Below, piece by piece: positions 28,209 through 37,667 of a stretch of DNA of 64,000 bases. The notes under the pieces are model-generated. The model was not told the DNA's origin and ran no database searches. It saw only the letters and a list, made by a program, of their open reading frames with translations. Source of the DNA: an uncultured Acidobacteriota bacterium (GTDB lineage: Bacteria > Acidobacteriota > Vicinamibacteria > Marinacidobacterales > DATDRI01); NCBI GenBank assembly GCA_963697355.1, contig CAVONV010000023.1, forward strand, positions 1,362,400-1,426,399. The letters are read 5' to 3'. The first letter of the stretch is position 1. Every line of letters begins with the position of its first letter. The translations under genes and the position numbers were made by a program.

Positions 28209-29678
28209 ATGCAAACGGGCTCATATATCGACGGTAAGTGGTTTCATCCCCGCTCGGACAAGCGCGTCATCAATGTCAACCCCGCAGACAAAACCGACAC
28301 CATTTCGGAGTTTCCTATGGCCTCTGCCGAAGATGCCGAAAAGGCCATCGAGGCGGCCAAGACCGCTTTTCCCAAATGGAAGAAGGTGCCTGCCCCGGAG
28401 CGCGGCCGAGTGCTTTGGCGTGCTGTGGACATCGCGAGGCGGCGGGCGGATGAGATTGCCGAGGTGATGACGCGTGAAGAAGGAAAGATTCTAAAGGAAG
28501 CCAAAGGCGAAGTTCTGAAAGGAATCTCCCTCATTGAGTACTACGCCGGGGCGGGATATCGGATCAGTGGCAAAACCTTACCTTCCGAAGCGCGTAGCAC
28601 ATTCACCTACACCATGCGTCAACCCCTCGGTGTCGTGGGGCTCATATCTCCTTGGAACTTCCCTTGGGCGATCCCGGTGTGGAAGACGGCACCGGCCATC
28701 GTTACGGGCAACACCGTGGTCTTCAAGCCCGCGACATTGACACCCGCCACCGCCTCCATTCTTGCCGAAATTTACGAAGAGGCGGGTCTCCCGCCTGGTG
28801 TCTTCAATATCGTCGTCGGCTCGGGCTCAGAAGTCGGCGAGGCCATCGTCAACAGTTCCGCGATCCCTGCCGTCTCCTTTACGGGCTCCAATGCCATTGG
28901 AAGCGACCTCTATGTGAAGGCGGCCGCGCGCGGGGCTAAGGTGACCTGCGAGATGGGAGGCAAAAACGCGGTCATCGTGATGCCGGATGCCGATCTCGAA
29001 AAAGCGGCCGTGGCCATTCGTGACGGTGCCTTTGGGTCGACGGGGCAGCGTTGCACCGCGACTTCGAGAGTCATTGCTCACGAATCGACGAAAGACGAGC
29101 TCGTCGAGCGTTTGGTCGAGTTCGCTAAGAAGATCAAAATCGGACCCGGACTCGACGAGACCGTGGATATGGGACCTGCCGTCGACGAAAGCCAGTGGAA
29201 GACGGACTTCGACTACATCAATGTGGGGAAGAGCGAAGGTGCGCGATTGGTCGTGGGCGGCGGGAAGCCCAAGGACGTGCCCGATGGCTACTACGTCGAG
29301 CCTACGATTTTCGACCAGGTCGATCCCGGAATGCGCATCTTTCGCGAGGAGATCTTCGGCCCCGTTTTGTCGGTTGCGACGGCGACATCATTTGAAGAAG
29401 CCCTGCAATCGGCTAATTCCGTCGAGTATGGTCTGACGACATCCATCTTCACCAAAGACATCGATCACATTATGCATTTTATCGATGAAGTCGAAACGGG
29501 GATGGTCCATATCAACGAGCCCACCATTGGCGGCGAAGCTCAGCTTCCCTTTGGTGGCATCAAAGCCACGGGAGTAGGGGACCGCGAGATGTCCGAGGAG
29601 GGCCTGAATTTCTTCACGGAGCTCAAGACCGTCTTCATCAATTACTCGGGCGAAGCGGGACGCTTGATGATTCGGTGA
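28209..29678 (+). CDS. NAD(P)+-dependent aldehyde dehydrogenase
   Basis: ALDH hallmarks [41 protein letters not shown]. Confidence 0.9.
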   Translation: MQTGSYIDGKWFHPRSDKRVINVNPADKTDTISEFPMASAEDAEKAIEAAKTAFPKWKKVPAPERGRVLWRAVDIARRRADEIAEVMTREEGKILKEAKGEVLKGISLIEYYAGAGYRISGKTLPSEARSTFTYTMRQPLGVVGLISPWNFPWAIPVWKTAPAIVTGNTVVFKPATLTPATASILAEIYEEAGLPPGVFNIVVGSGSEVGEAIVNSSAIPAVSFTGSNAIGSDLYVKAAARGAKVTCEMGGKNAVIVMPDADLEKAAVAIRDGAFGSTGQRCTATSRVIAHESTKDELVERLVEFAKKIKIGPGLDETVDMGPAVDESQWKTDFDYINVGKSEGARLVVGGGKPKDVPDGYYVEPTIFDQVDPGMRIFREEIFGPVLSVATATSFEEALQSANSVEYGLTTSIFTKDIDHIMHFIDEVETGMVHINEPTIGGEAQLPFGGIKATGVGDREMSEEGLNFFTELKTVFINYSGEAGRLMIR

Positions 29679-30002
29679 GTGGACGTTTCAAGTCCAATCC
29701 CCGGTGCCTCTTTGGCCACCGGGGAGCTCGAGTCATAAGACCGAGAAGTAGATGCGGACGCCGAAGCGGAGGAGGCGTGCCGACAGGGTGAAGTTGATCT
29801 GGTTCGCATTCGACGGGTTCTGGCGTCGATGCCTCCTTAGAAATGTTGCAGTGTTCGTCAAATTGAAGATGTCCCTCATCCCGCTCCAGCGTGTTCTTCC
29901 AATATTGAAGCTTTTCTCTACGGGGAGGTCGGCATACCAAAGGTTCGGCAGACGTTTGTCTTCGAGCGTATCCTAGTTTTGACTACCTGTCCTTCCACAA
30001 CG

Positions 30003-30083
30003 TGGCGCGATAAAATTGAAAATCGCGCCATTACTGTTTCATAATATTATAAATAAAAGGTTTATTCCATTGAAATCGCGCCA
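30003..30083 (+). promoter_or_regulatory. AT-rich promoter/operator region: palindrome TGGCGCGAT-N10-ATCGCGCCA plus a second direct copy of ATTGAAA(A)TCGCGCCA
   Basis: 30003-30030 is a 9-bp inverted repeat; 30069-30083 repeats ATTGAAATCGCGCCA. TCTAGTCTAGA palindrome at 30086-30096. The only strongly AT-rich stretch in the window, directly upstream of the Fic-like gene. Confidence 0.4.
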
Positions 30084-30108
30084 CGTCTAGTCTAGAATTA
30101 AGCCACAT

Positions 30109-31518
30109 ATGGCTCAGAGTGCAAGAGAAAAGCAAGATGCGGCTATCCTTGAAGCCGTTTCCAGGTACCCCCATGGAGCCAGCTTCGCCGAGGTTCATCG
30201 TGAGCTAAAGAGTATTACCCGGCGAACCCTTACTAGACGGTTTGCCAATCTCGTCAAAGCAAAAAGACTGCTGCGCCGAGGCAAAGCACGCGCGACTCGG
30301 TACTTTCTTGCATCTGAGTCGTCTTCTCAGGTTGTCCAGCCGCGAGCAATGCACTCCGAGGTGCCGCTGAGGACACCAGGGTTCGAAGCTTCGATTCCAG
30401 GATCCACAGAGGGGAGGGCCATACGAGATTACCTTCGCAAACCCATCGAAGAACGTCGTCCAGTAGGATATCAGCGCGAATTCCTGGACGAATATAGGCC
30501 CAACGAGACCGCCTATTTGCCCGAAAGCGTTCGCAAACATCTGCTCCACATCGGACGTAGCCCTATTGGCAGCGAACGACCTGCAGGTACCTACGCGCGG
30601 CAAATTCTGAATCGTTTACTCATAGACCTTTCTTGGGCATCCTCACGACTAGAAGGGAACACATACAGTCGCCTCGATACGGAGCGATTGATACTGTTCG
30701 GCCAGTCAGCGCAGGGAAAGGATGTCACTGAAACACAGATGATCCTCAACCATAAAGCAGCGATTGAGTTCCTCGCAGATCAGGCTGAGGAGTTGTCGTT
30801 CAACCGATATACATTTTTGAACCTCCACGCGTTGCTTTCCGAAAACCTTCTCGTGAATCCAGACGCCGCCGGTCGTCTACGGCAAATACCGGTCGAAGTT
30901 TCGAGCACTGTTTTCCATCCGCTGGCTATTCCTCAGGTGATCGACGAGTGCTTCCAGCAGATACTGGACACGGCAGCGGCCATCCAAGACCCATTCGAGC
31001 AATCGTTGTTCATCATGGTTCATGTCCCGTACCTCCAGCCATTCGAGGACATGAACAAGCGCGTCTCTCGTCTCGGTGCCAATATCTCACTGATCCTGCG
31101 AAATCTCTGCCCTCTTTCGTTCGTCGATGTTCCAGAGAGCGCCTACGTCGACGGGATACTCGGCGTTTACGAGCTCAACCGGGTCGAGCTGTTGCGCGAG
31201 ACTTTCATCTGGGCATACGAGCGCTCCTGCCAAAGATATCTTGCGGTTCGTCAGTCGACAGCGGAGCCCGACCCCTTCCGTCTTCGCTATCGGAACGCAC
31301 TCGTAGAGGCGGTCGGTCTCGTGGTACGCAATCCTGTCGAAACCGCAGATACCGTGCTGAGCGAATACGCTGCTGGGGAAATTGATCCAAGCGATCGCGG
31401 ACATTTTGTTGAACTGGGGCTCAAGGAAATAGAGAGATTGCACGAAGGGACCATAGCGCGGTACCGGATCCGGCCCTCCGAATACCATGATTGGAAGAAA
31501 CTCAGACGGAGTGATTAG
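30109..31518 (+). CDS. HTH-Fic-like protein (N-terminal winged-helix region, Fic-fold core) with degenerate active-site motif
   Basis: N-terminus LKSITRRTLTRRFANLVKAKRLLRRGKARATRYFL (wHTH-like). Core FIMVHVPYLQPFEDMNKRVSRL aligns with FHxxLxxIHPFxDGNGRxxRL but reads QPFEDMNKR (His to Gln, both Gly replaced). GC content lower than flanking genes. Confidence 0.6.
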   Translation: MAQSAREKQDAAILEAVSRYPHGASFAEVHRELKSITRRTLTRRFANLVKAKRLLRRGKARATRYFLASESSSQVVQPRAMHSEVPLRTPGFEASIPGSTEGRAIRDYLRKPIEERRPVGYQREFLDEYRPNETAYLPESVRKHLLHIGRSPIGSERPAGTYARQILNRLLIDLSWASSRLEGNTYSRLDTERLILFGQSAQGKDVTETQMILNHKAAIEFLADQAEELSFNRYTFLNLHALLSENLLVNPDAAGRLRQIPVEVSSTVFHPLAIPQVIDECFQQILDTAAAIQDPFEQSLFIMVHVPYLQPFEDMNKRVSRLGANISLILRNLCPLSFVDVPESAYVDGILGVYELNRVELLRETFIWAYERSCQRYLAVRQSTAEPDPFRLRYRNALVEAVGLVVRNPVETADTVLSEYAAGEIDPSDRGHFVELGLKEIERLHEGTIARYRIRPSEYHDWKKLRRSD

Positions 31519-31571
31519 ACGGAAAAACAGAAGAAGCACCAGGTCTGTCTTGTCACAATTCTCGGCAGCGG

Positions 31572-34283
31572 CTACTCGGAGCGCAACGCTTCGATGGGGT
31601 CGATCCGGGAGGCGCGTCGGGCGGGAAGGTAGGTGGCAAGCAGGGCGACGCTCAGTAAGATGCAGGAAACTCCACCATAAACCAGCGGGTCCGTGGGACT
31701 CACATCAAAAAGGAGAGCCTGTAGGATCTGATTGAGTCCAAGCGCGCCTAAGATACCAATGGCCCACCCCATGCAAGCGAGCCCAGCACCTCGGCGAATC
31801 ACCATGGTGAGCACGTCGCCGGCCCTCGCACCTAGAGCCATGCGCAGTCCGATCTCTCCCGTTCGCAGGTCTACCAGGTAAGAGATGGTTCCGTACAAGC
31901 CGAGGGCTCCCAGGAACAGTGCGACCACAGCCGCGACGCTCAATAGGAGCATGGTGAATTCCCGACCCACCAAGGATCTGATCAGAACATCCTGCATGGG
32001 TTGGACGTTAGCCACGGGTAGCTCGCTATCCACAGACATAATTGCCTGACGGACCGGCTCGACCAGCATGAGTGGATCCGCATCTGTTCGCACAACGACC
32101 ACCATGTTGTGTGTCTCTGAATAATTCCGTTCGTCGATACCGACCATGGGAAGGTACATGACCTCCGCCGGTTCGTCGCTGAGGTCGTCTTGCCTTATGC
32201 TGCCGACGACTCCGACGATGGTGTACCAGGGCGCATCACCTCTCAGGCCGGGGTAGATTCGTTTACCGATGGCGTCTCCGTCTGGCCAGAACCGCTCGGC
32301 CACCGCGTGGCTCACCACCATGGCGCCAGTGCGCTCGTCGTGGTCGCGACGCTCGAAGGTTCTTCCCGCCACAAGTGGAATGCCCATGGCACGGAAGTAT
32401 CCCGGCCCGGCCGTACTCATCGCCATGCGGGGAGGCAGTTCATTCGGCGCGAGCGGAAGTTCCTCCACCTCCATGGTGTTCGCATTGGTGCAGCCTTGGA
32501 GCGGCAAGCAGTCGGCGACACCGACGGCCCGGACGCCCGGAAGTGAACGGATCTCATCCGACAGTCGTTGTAGCGTCGCCGCCGCGTCAGCCTGTTCGGG
32601 ATAACGGTTTTCGGGCAGCGCGATCCGAAGTGTTAAGACTCCTTGCGGATCGAAACCCGGATCAATGCGATGCAGTTTCACAAAGCTTCTCACCAAGAGA
32701 CCGGACCCTACGAGCAGTATGAGTGCCAAAGCCATCTGTGCCACCGCTAGGGCATGGCGCGTCAGCACACGAGGAGCTCCGGCCGTCGTGCCGCGACTTC
32801 CGTCCCTCAAGAGCGAGGTCCGTTGGGTGGCGACGATGCGAAGGTGAGTGATGAGCCCAAAGATCAGTCCTGCACCCAAAGCGATGGCGCCGGAGAAGAG
32901 GAGCGCCGCCCCATCGATCCTCACTTCGTCGAGTCGAGGGATGTTCGAATCGCCGTAAACGGCGACGACCCGAAGGGCACCGTAGGTGAGCGCCAAGCCG
33001 GTGATGGCGGCGAGAATCGTGAGGAGCATGCCCTCCGCGAGTAGATACTGCAGTATTCTCGAAGGACTTGCCCCCAATGCGGCCCGCAGCGCCACCTCGC
33101 GTTGCTTACCTTCGGCACGGACCAGGAAAAGGTTCGCCACGTTGGCACAGGCGATGAGGAGCACGAAACCCACGGCTCCAAAAATGAGCCAGAGTGTCGG
33201 CCGAATGTCCTCCACGATGTTGTCGCGGAGAGGGGTCACCAATGTAGCCAAGCCGATGTTCTCGAGAAGCTCGTCGGTAAGGCCTGGAAACTTCGCTTTC
33301 ATCGCGGGAACCACTGCGTCCAGGTTGGCTCGTGCTATCTCGGGATCGGCACTAGCCTCGAGCCGGGCGATGGAGTGGAATCCCGACAATTGGAATTGGG
33401 TGTCGTGAGGATCGATCTCGAGGGCAATCCACATCTGAGTTTCCCGCGATGGATAGTGGAACGACGGAGGCATCACACCCACGATCTGGTGGGTGACGTC
33501 GTCGAGCTCAATCATCTGCCCGATAACCGCTTCGCTGCCGCCGAATCGTCGATGCCAGAGACCGTTGCTCAGCAAAACTACCGGTGAAGCGCCAGGTGTT
33601 TCATCCGATTCGAGAAAACCTCGGCCCATCATAGGCCCGACTCGAAGAGCTTGGAAGAGGCCGGCCGTGGCTTCGGTGGCGATGATGCGTTCCGGCTCGC
33701 CCATCCCGGTCAAATTGAATCCTCTGCGGCGATAGAGCCCCATGCTGGCGAAGACACGATTGGTTTTCCGATAGTGAGCGTAGGTGCCCTGCGAGATGTT
33801 GAGGGAGGGGAAACCTGCCCCCGGTGCCGTATGCTGCACTCGGACGAGTCGCTCCGATTCGGCATAAGGAAGGGGGCGGAACAAGACGCCGTTGACCACA
33901 CAAAAGATAGTCGTGGTGGCGCCCAGGCCCAGAGCTAGGGTGATCACGGCTACGAGCGTGAAGCCCGGATCGGCGGCGAGTCGCCTTGCTGCTGGGCGGA
34001 GCTCTTCGAAAAACGACGGCTTCAGCCCCCTGGGCTTCGGGCTTCTCGCCTGGGCAAAGGCCACCGATAGCAGGTTCCACCATTGCTTCCCGGCGACGAA
34101 GACCAATCCTGCAATCTCTCGGATGGCGAACCAGCAGCGGCCGAGGACAGATTTGTGCTTCCGATGATCAATCTCGCGTGCGGCGTAAGTTTCTGCCATT
34201 GCGAGCCCATAGGACCCCCTAAATTGGGGTGGCAGGAGCACCAGCAATCGGCGGTATAAGCGGGACGTCAGAGTCTGGGGCAT
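31572..34283 (-). CDS. ADOP-type duplicated FtsX/MacB-like ABC transporter permease (903 aa)
   Basis: Two FtsX-like 4-TM modules with large extracytoplasmic domains, immediately downstream of a PadR regulator. Confidence 0.85.
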   Translation of the reverse strand: MPQTLTSRLYRRLLVLLPPQFRGSYGLAMAETYAAREIDHRKHKSVLGRCWFAIREIAGLVFVAGKQWWNLLSVAFAQARSPKPRGLKPSFFEELRPAARRLAADPGFTLVAVITLALGLGATTTIFCVVNGVLFRPLPYAESERLVRVQHTAPGAGFPSLNISQGTYAHYRKTNRVFASMGLYRRRGFNLTGMGEPERIIATEATAGLFQALRVGPMMGRGFLESDETPGASPVVLLSNGLWHRRFGGSEAVIGQMIELDDVTHQIVGVMPPSFHYPSRETQMWIALEIDPHDTQFQLSGFHSIARLEASADPEIARANLDAVVPAMKAKFPGLTDELLENIGLATLVTPLRDNIVEDIRPTLWLIFGAVGFVLLIACANVANLFLVRAEGKQREVALRAALGASPSRILQYLLAEGMLLTILAAITGLALTYGALRVVAVYGDSNIPRLDEVRIDGAALLFSGAIALGAGLIFGLITHLRIVATQRTSLLRDGSRGTTAGAPRVLTRHALAVAQMALALILLVGSGLLVRSFVKLHRIDPGFDPQGVLTLRIALPENRYPEQADAAATLQRLSDEIRSLPGVRAVGVADCLPLQGCTNANTMEVEELPLAPNELPPRMAMSTAGPGYFRAMGIPLVAGRTFERRDHDERTGAMVVSHAVAERFWPDGDAIGKRIYPGLRGDAPWYTIVGVVGSIRQDDLSDEPAEVMYLPMVGIDERNYSETHNMVVVVRTDADPLMLVEPVRQAIMSVDSELPVANVQPMQDVLIRSLVGREFTMLLLSVAAVVALFLGALGLYGTISYLVDLRTGEIGLRMALGARAGDVLTMVIRRGAGLACMGWAIGILGALGLNQILQALLFDVSPTDPLVYGGVSCILLSVALLATYLPARRASRIDPIEALRSE

Positions 34284-34293
34284 AGGTTGCCTA

Positions 34294-34644
34294 TCACGCT
34301 GATCCGGAGTAAATCTTCTTCGCGCGCGCGGCCGCCACCAGCTCGTCGAGGCGGCGTGACTCGAGGGCTGCGACTTTACGGCCGAGACGTGTCAACTGGA
34401 AGTAATGACGGCGCGCATCGACTCCCATCGCTGCAACGGCAGGCTCGATGAAACCATCGTCCTGCAGTCGCTTCAAGGTCTGGTACAGGCTACCTGTCGT
34501 CGGGTTCAGCTTGCCACCGGAACGCTCTTCGATTTCCTTTCCAATGGCATATCCGTGTGCCGACCCGCTGCCGAGAGCAAGGAGGATATGGAATGACAGA
34601 TTGCTCAATGGCAAGTGATCTTTGGTATCGTTTTTCCCTGGCAT
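34294..34644 (-). CDS. PadR-family transcriptional regulator
   Basis: HILLALGSGSAHGYAIGKEIEERSGGKLNPTTGSLYQTLKRLQDDGFIE is the canonical PadR wHTH. Confidence 0.85.
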   Translation of the reverse strand: MPGKNDTKDHLPLSNLSFHILLALGSGSAHGYAIGKEIEERSGGKLNPTTGSLYQTLKRLQDDGFIEPAVAAMGVDARRHYFQLTRLGRKVAALESRRLDELVAAARAKKIYSGSA

Positions 34645-35147
34645 AGCCTATCGAAGCTCCTGATAGGTTTGACGACACTATAGTAGTCACAACTATAGTT
34701 GAATGTCAAGATTTCGTGTCGCACGGGACTGTTGAACGGGCGGAACGCATGTCAAAAATCTCGGCTAACGTCTCAGCCCGAACCCGAGCCTGAGCCCCTG
34801 CCCGAGCCCGCATTCATAAAGCGAGAACAACAGATATCAAAACTGGCGCTGCTGCTTTGTATCGTGCGTTTTTTCAAACGAATGGTCTTTTGTCGGAGTG
34901 AATCGGGCTCGGGCGGGGGAACGGCAACGGGCAAGGGACCAGGTTCTCGCTCCTCGTTGTTGGTAGAACCAGCATGTTCTTTTTGCGCTGTTCAAGGAGT
35001 TCTAAGCCCTGGAAGAAATGACATGCGGATTTTGAGCATGAGCTGCAGATCTGGAACTATGAGTTGCGGATTTTGAGCACGCGCAGATAGCTCACCGAAC
35101 ATTCCCTACCGGCATATGACGGACCTTTTGCTGCCTAAGTACCCCGA

Positions 35148-35299
35148 TTCATAATTACGGTCACGAAACGAACCGAGAACGCCGATCCATCCCGCCTGGC
35201 TGCGTTGCTCGTCGGTCATATATCCCAGATATTATTCACTCCTCGCGCCTTGCCACCCGGGCGCCTCGACGTTCTCGGTTCGTGACCGTAGTTATGAAC
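35148..35299. repeat. Approx. 150-bp element bounded by 34-38-bp imperfect inverted repeats (MITE-like or structured regulatory element)
   Basis: 35148-35185 ttcataattacggtcacgaaacgaaccgagaacgccga against the reverse complement of 35266-35299 (ggttcataactacggtcacgaaccgagaacgtcga): 2 mismatches and one 5-nt indel. Confidence 0.4.
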
Positions 35300-35377
35300 C
35301 AGGGCACTAAGTCATGATCCGAGCTCGGACAGTTCGCGCGCGTTGTCGAGACACGCTGAGATTCCCAAGGCCATTCT

Positions 35378-36319
35378 GTGCGGCTTTTGTTTTCGACGAT
35401 GGAAGCCGGGATACTGGGCTCAATGTGTCCACCACCCGCCATCTCACGACGTCTCGAGACGCCGAGGGATTACAGCCTTCGCCTCACGATGATCGGTTAT
35501 CGGATGGGCTTCTTCGATCCAACGCTTCGGATTGAAGAAGGGAGAGTGCAGCTCGCGATTCGGACGCCGGAGGGACCCGCGAGTCTCGCGATCGAACAGC
35601 AAGAGTCGATAGTGGAAGCTCGGGGATGGGGGACGGGAGCCGAGTGGATTTCTGAGCGCCTCGAAGGGCTTCTTGGTTTCCAGGACGAGCCCCATCGCTT
35701 TCAGCCCTCCGATCGAGTCGTGAGGTCGCTGTGGCAGCAGTTCTCGGGAATGCATCTTCCGAGGCTTCCCCAGGTCTTCGAGCGCGTCATTCAAATCATA
35801 TTGCTCCAGAGGGTGTCGTGGCGAGACGGCTGCACTGCGTGGAAACACCTCGCCTCTCGGTTGGGTGAGGATGCGCCGGGTCCGGTTGACTTGATGGTTC
35901 CTCCCTCTCCGAGAAAGCTCGCCTCGACACCTTATTACGAAATGGTGGACTGTGGTGTGCCTCCTCGGCAGGCTCGGACGATTCAACAAGTTGCCTTTCA
36001 CTCCCGCCGCATCGAAACGGCCGCGGGCCAGGGAGCGGAATCGCTGAGTGAACATCTTTCCGCTATTCCAGGGATCGGCCCTTGGACGATCGGCTACGTT
36101 CGCGGAAGCGCGCTTGGAGATGCGGATGCCATCCTACCCGGTGACTACAACCTTCCCCACACCGTGGCCTGGGTCCTTGCCCGAGAAGCTCGAGCCGACG
36201 AAGAGCGTATGCTGGAACTGCTCGAGCCGTATCGTGGCCACCGCTTCCGGGTCATCCGGCTTGTTTGGATGAAGGGCGCGCGTGCACCACGGCGTGGACC
36301 GAGACGTGGTGGTGCGTGA
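35378..36319 (+). CDS. HhH-GPD base-excision DNA glycosylase (AlkA / 3-methyladenine glycosylase II-like)
   Basis: LLQRVSWRDGCTAWKHL and IPGIGPWTIGYVRGSALGDADAILPGDYNL (helix-hairpin-helix with Gly/Pro loop and catalytic Asp). The exact start is uncertain. Confidence 0.7.
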   Translation: MRLLFSTMEAGILGSMCPPPAISRRLETPRDYSLRLTMIGYRMGFFDPTLRIEEGRVQLAIRTPEGPASLAIEQQESIVEARGWGTGAEWISERLEGLLGFQDEPHRFQPSDRVVRSLWQQFSGMHLPRLPQVFERVIQIILLQRVSWRDGCTAWKHLASRLGEDAPGPVDLMVPPSPRKLASTPYYEMVDCGVPPRQARTIQQVAFHSRRIETAAGQGAESLSEHLSAIPGIGPWTIGYVRGSALGDADAILPGDYNLPHTVAWVLAREARADEERMLELLEPYRGHRFRVIRLVWMKGARAPRRGPRRGGA

Positions 36320-36724
36320 CTACCGCATGCGGTTTTGTTGCCAGTGGGTTTTGACCGGGTACGACTGAATCTTCTCATCCGATGTGACCAACAGGAGATC
36401 ATGTTCAATTGCCTGGCATATGAGCATGCGATCGAACGGATCTCGATGGATCGGAGGCAATTTCGGCAGATGAACCGTTGCGGTCTCTTCCAGCGGTAGC
36501 GTGTCAATTCTGTGGCGTTCGCGCTGCTTGGACACATAGAAGTATGGTGCTTCTGGTAAGTCGAGTCGACCGAGCTGGTGCTTGACGAAGACCTCCCACA
36601 CGGAAATGACGCTCAACCATACACTGTTGTCCGGGGAACGTATGTCATCAGCCGTTGTGTCGGGAAGCCTGGCATCTGCTGTGATAAACCAGAGGAAAGT
36701 GGACGTGTCGAGAAGCAGTCTCAA
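36320..36724 (-). CDS. vapC: PIN-domain toxin VapC
   Basis: MRLLLDTSTFLW...DPFDRMLICQAIEHDLLLVTSD. Its ATG overlaps the stop of the upstream antitoxin (ATGA). Confidence 0.8.
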   Translation of the reverse strand: MRLLLDTSTFLWFITADARLPDTTADDIRSPDNSVWLSVISVWEVFVKHQLGRLDLPEAPYFYVSKQRERHRIDTLPLEETATVHLPKLPPIHRDPFDRMLICQAIEHDLLLVTSDEKIQSYPVKTHWQQNRMR

Positions 36725-36957
36725 CCTTCGAAATCCTTGAGTACGGTTTCTGGAAGAGGCTCATCGAAATCGTGCGGAACCTCAAAGTCTCCAGCACATA
36801 GTCCCATCGGTCGGGGTGAGTCTAGCTTTCTGGAAATGGGCCGGAGCTCGGCCACCGGCTGGTTCCGGCGCGCCAAAATGACCGTTTCTCCGGCCTCAAC
36901 CCGCTTGATGTATTCGGTCAACCGAGCCTTTGCGTCCGCGATATTAACGATCGTCAT
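36721..36957 (-). CDS. vapB: Phd/YefM-type antitoxin (78 aa) cognate to VapC
   Basis: MTIVNIADAKARLTEYIKRVEAGETVILARRNQPVAELRPI. A 4-nt overlap with vapC is the classic type II TA arrangement. Confidence 0.8.
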   Translation of the reverse strand: MTIVNIADAKARLTEYIKRVEAGETVILARRNQPVAELRPISRKLDSPRPMGLCAGDFEVPHDFDEPLPETVLKDFEG

Positions 36958-37046
36958 GATTTTATTATAGTCATATTTATAGTCATGTCAATGACCATAT
37001 TGGGGGGGCGATGATTGGATGTTCTTCTGTTCGGGCACGAGGGAGC

Positions 37047-37207
37047 ACACCGTGGCCCGGGACCTGGCTCGAGAAGCTCGAGCCGACGAGGAGTGTCTGC
37101 TGGAGTTGCTCGAGCCTTATCGCGCACACCGTTTCCGGGTCATCCGCCTCGTTTGGATGACGGGAGCGCGTGCGCCACGGCGTGGACCGCGACGTAACGG
37201 CCCGTGA
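37047..37207 (+). pseudogene. Duplicated 3' tail (~160 bp) of the AlkA-like gene
   Basis: About 85% nt identity to 36157-36319. It encodes ...HTVARDLAREARADEECLLELLEPYRAHRFRVIRLVWMTGARAPRRGPRRNGP against AlkA ...HTVAWVLAREARADEERMLELLEPYRGHRFRVIRLVWMKGARAPRRGPRRGGA. Confidence 0.65.
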
Positions 37208-37209
37208 TG

Positions 37210-37644
37210 TTAGTTTCCGCCTTTTCCGAAATGCCTCTCAAATAGATCGGCTTGATCAGGTCCAAGTATTTCAGCTCTTTCCGTGGCGCGACGTTCCGCT
37301 GCCCGTTCGTGACTAACGAGCCTCCGAATCAAGGCATTGTATTGCCCGTGCGCGGTATCGGTGTTCGACCGGCTGAGCAGTTGATAGAGCCGATGTTCAG
37401 GAGAGAGAATCAGGTTGTCGGGAATCGACACGGCCTCGGGAAGCGGTTCATCGAAATCGTGAGGGACCTTGAATTCCCCAGCGCACAGTCCCATCGGTAG
37501 AGGTGAGGTTGTCTTTCGCGAAATGGGCTGTAGCTTGGCAACTGGCTGGTTCCGGCGCGCGAGAACGAACGTCTCTCCGGTTTCCACGCGCTTGATGTAC
37601 ACGCTCAGGCGAGCTTTGGCGTCCGCGATATTGACGATCTTCAT
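37210..37644 (-). CDS. Paralogous Phd/YefM-type antitoxin with 70-aa C-terminal extension that looks like a decayed, fused VapC remnant (orphan antitoxin)
   Basis: First ~70 codons are ~80% nt-identical to vapB at 36721..36957. After PEAV it continues SIPDNLILSPEHRLYQLL... (compare VapC ...RSPDNSVWLSVISVWEV...). No intact PIN gene follows. Confidence 0.55.
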   Translation of the reverse strand: MKIVNIADAKARLSVYIKRVETGETFVLARRNQPVAKLQPISRKTTSPLPMGLCAGEFKVPHDFDEPLPEAVSIPDNLILSPEHRLYQLLSRSNTDTAHGQYNALIRRLVSHERAAERRATERAEILGPDQADLFERHFGKGGN

Positions 37645-37667
37645 AGTTGTATTGTAGTCATACCAAA

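Noticed and set aside
32190-33587. Several 100-160-aa plus-strand ORFs
   Set aside because: All antisense or out-of-frame within the ADOP permease gene.
34699-35076. 125-aa plus-strand ORF containing PEPEPEPLPEP
   Set aside because: The Pro-Glu run derives from the (CCCGAG)n DNA repeat in an intergenic leader. There is no SD, and it overlaps inverted-repeat structures.
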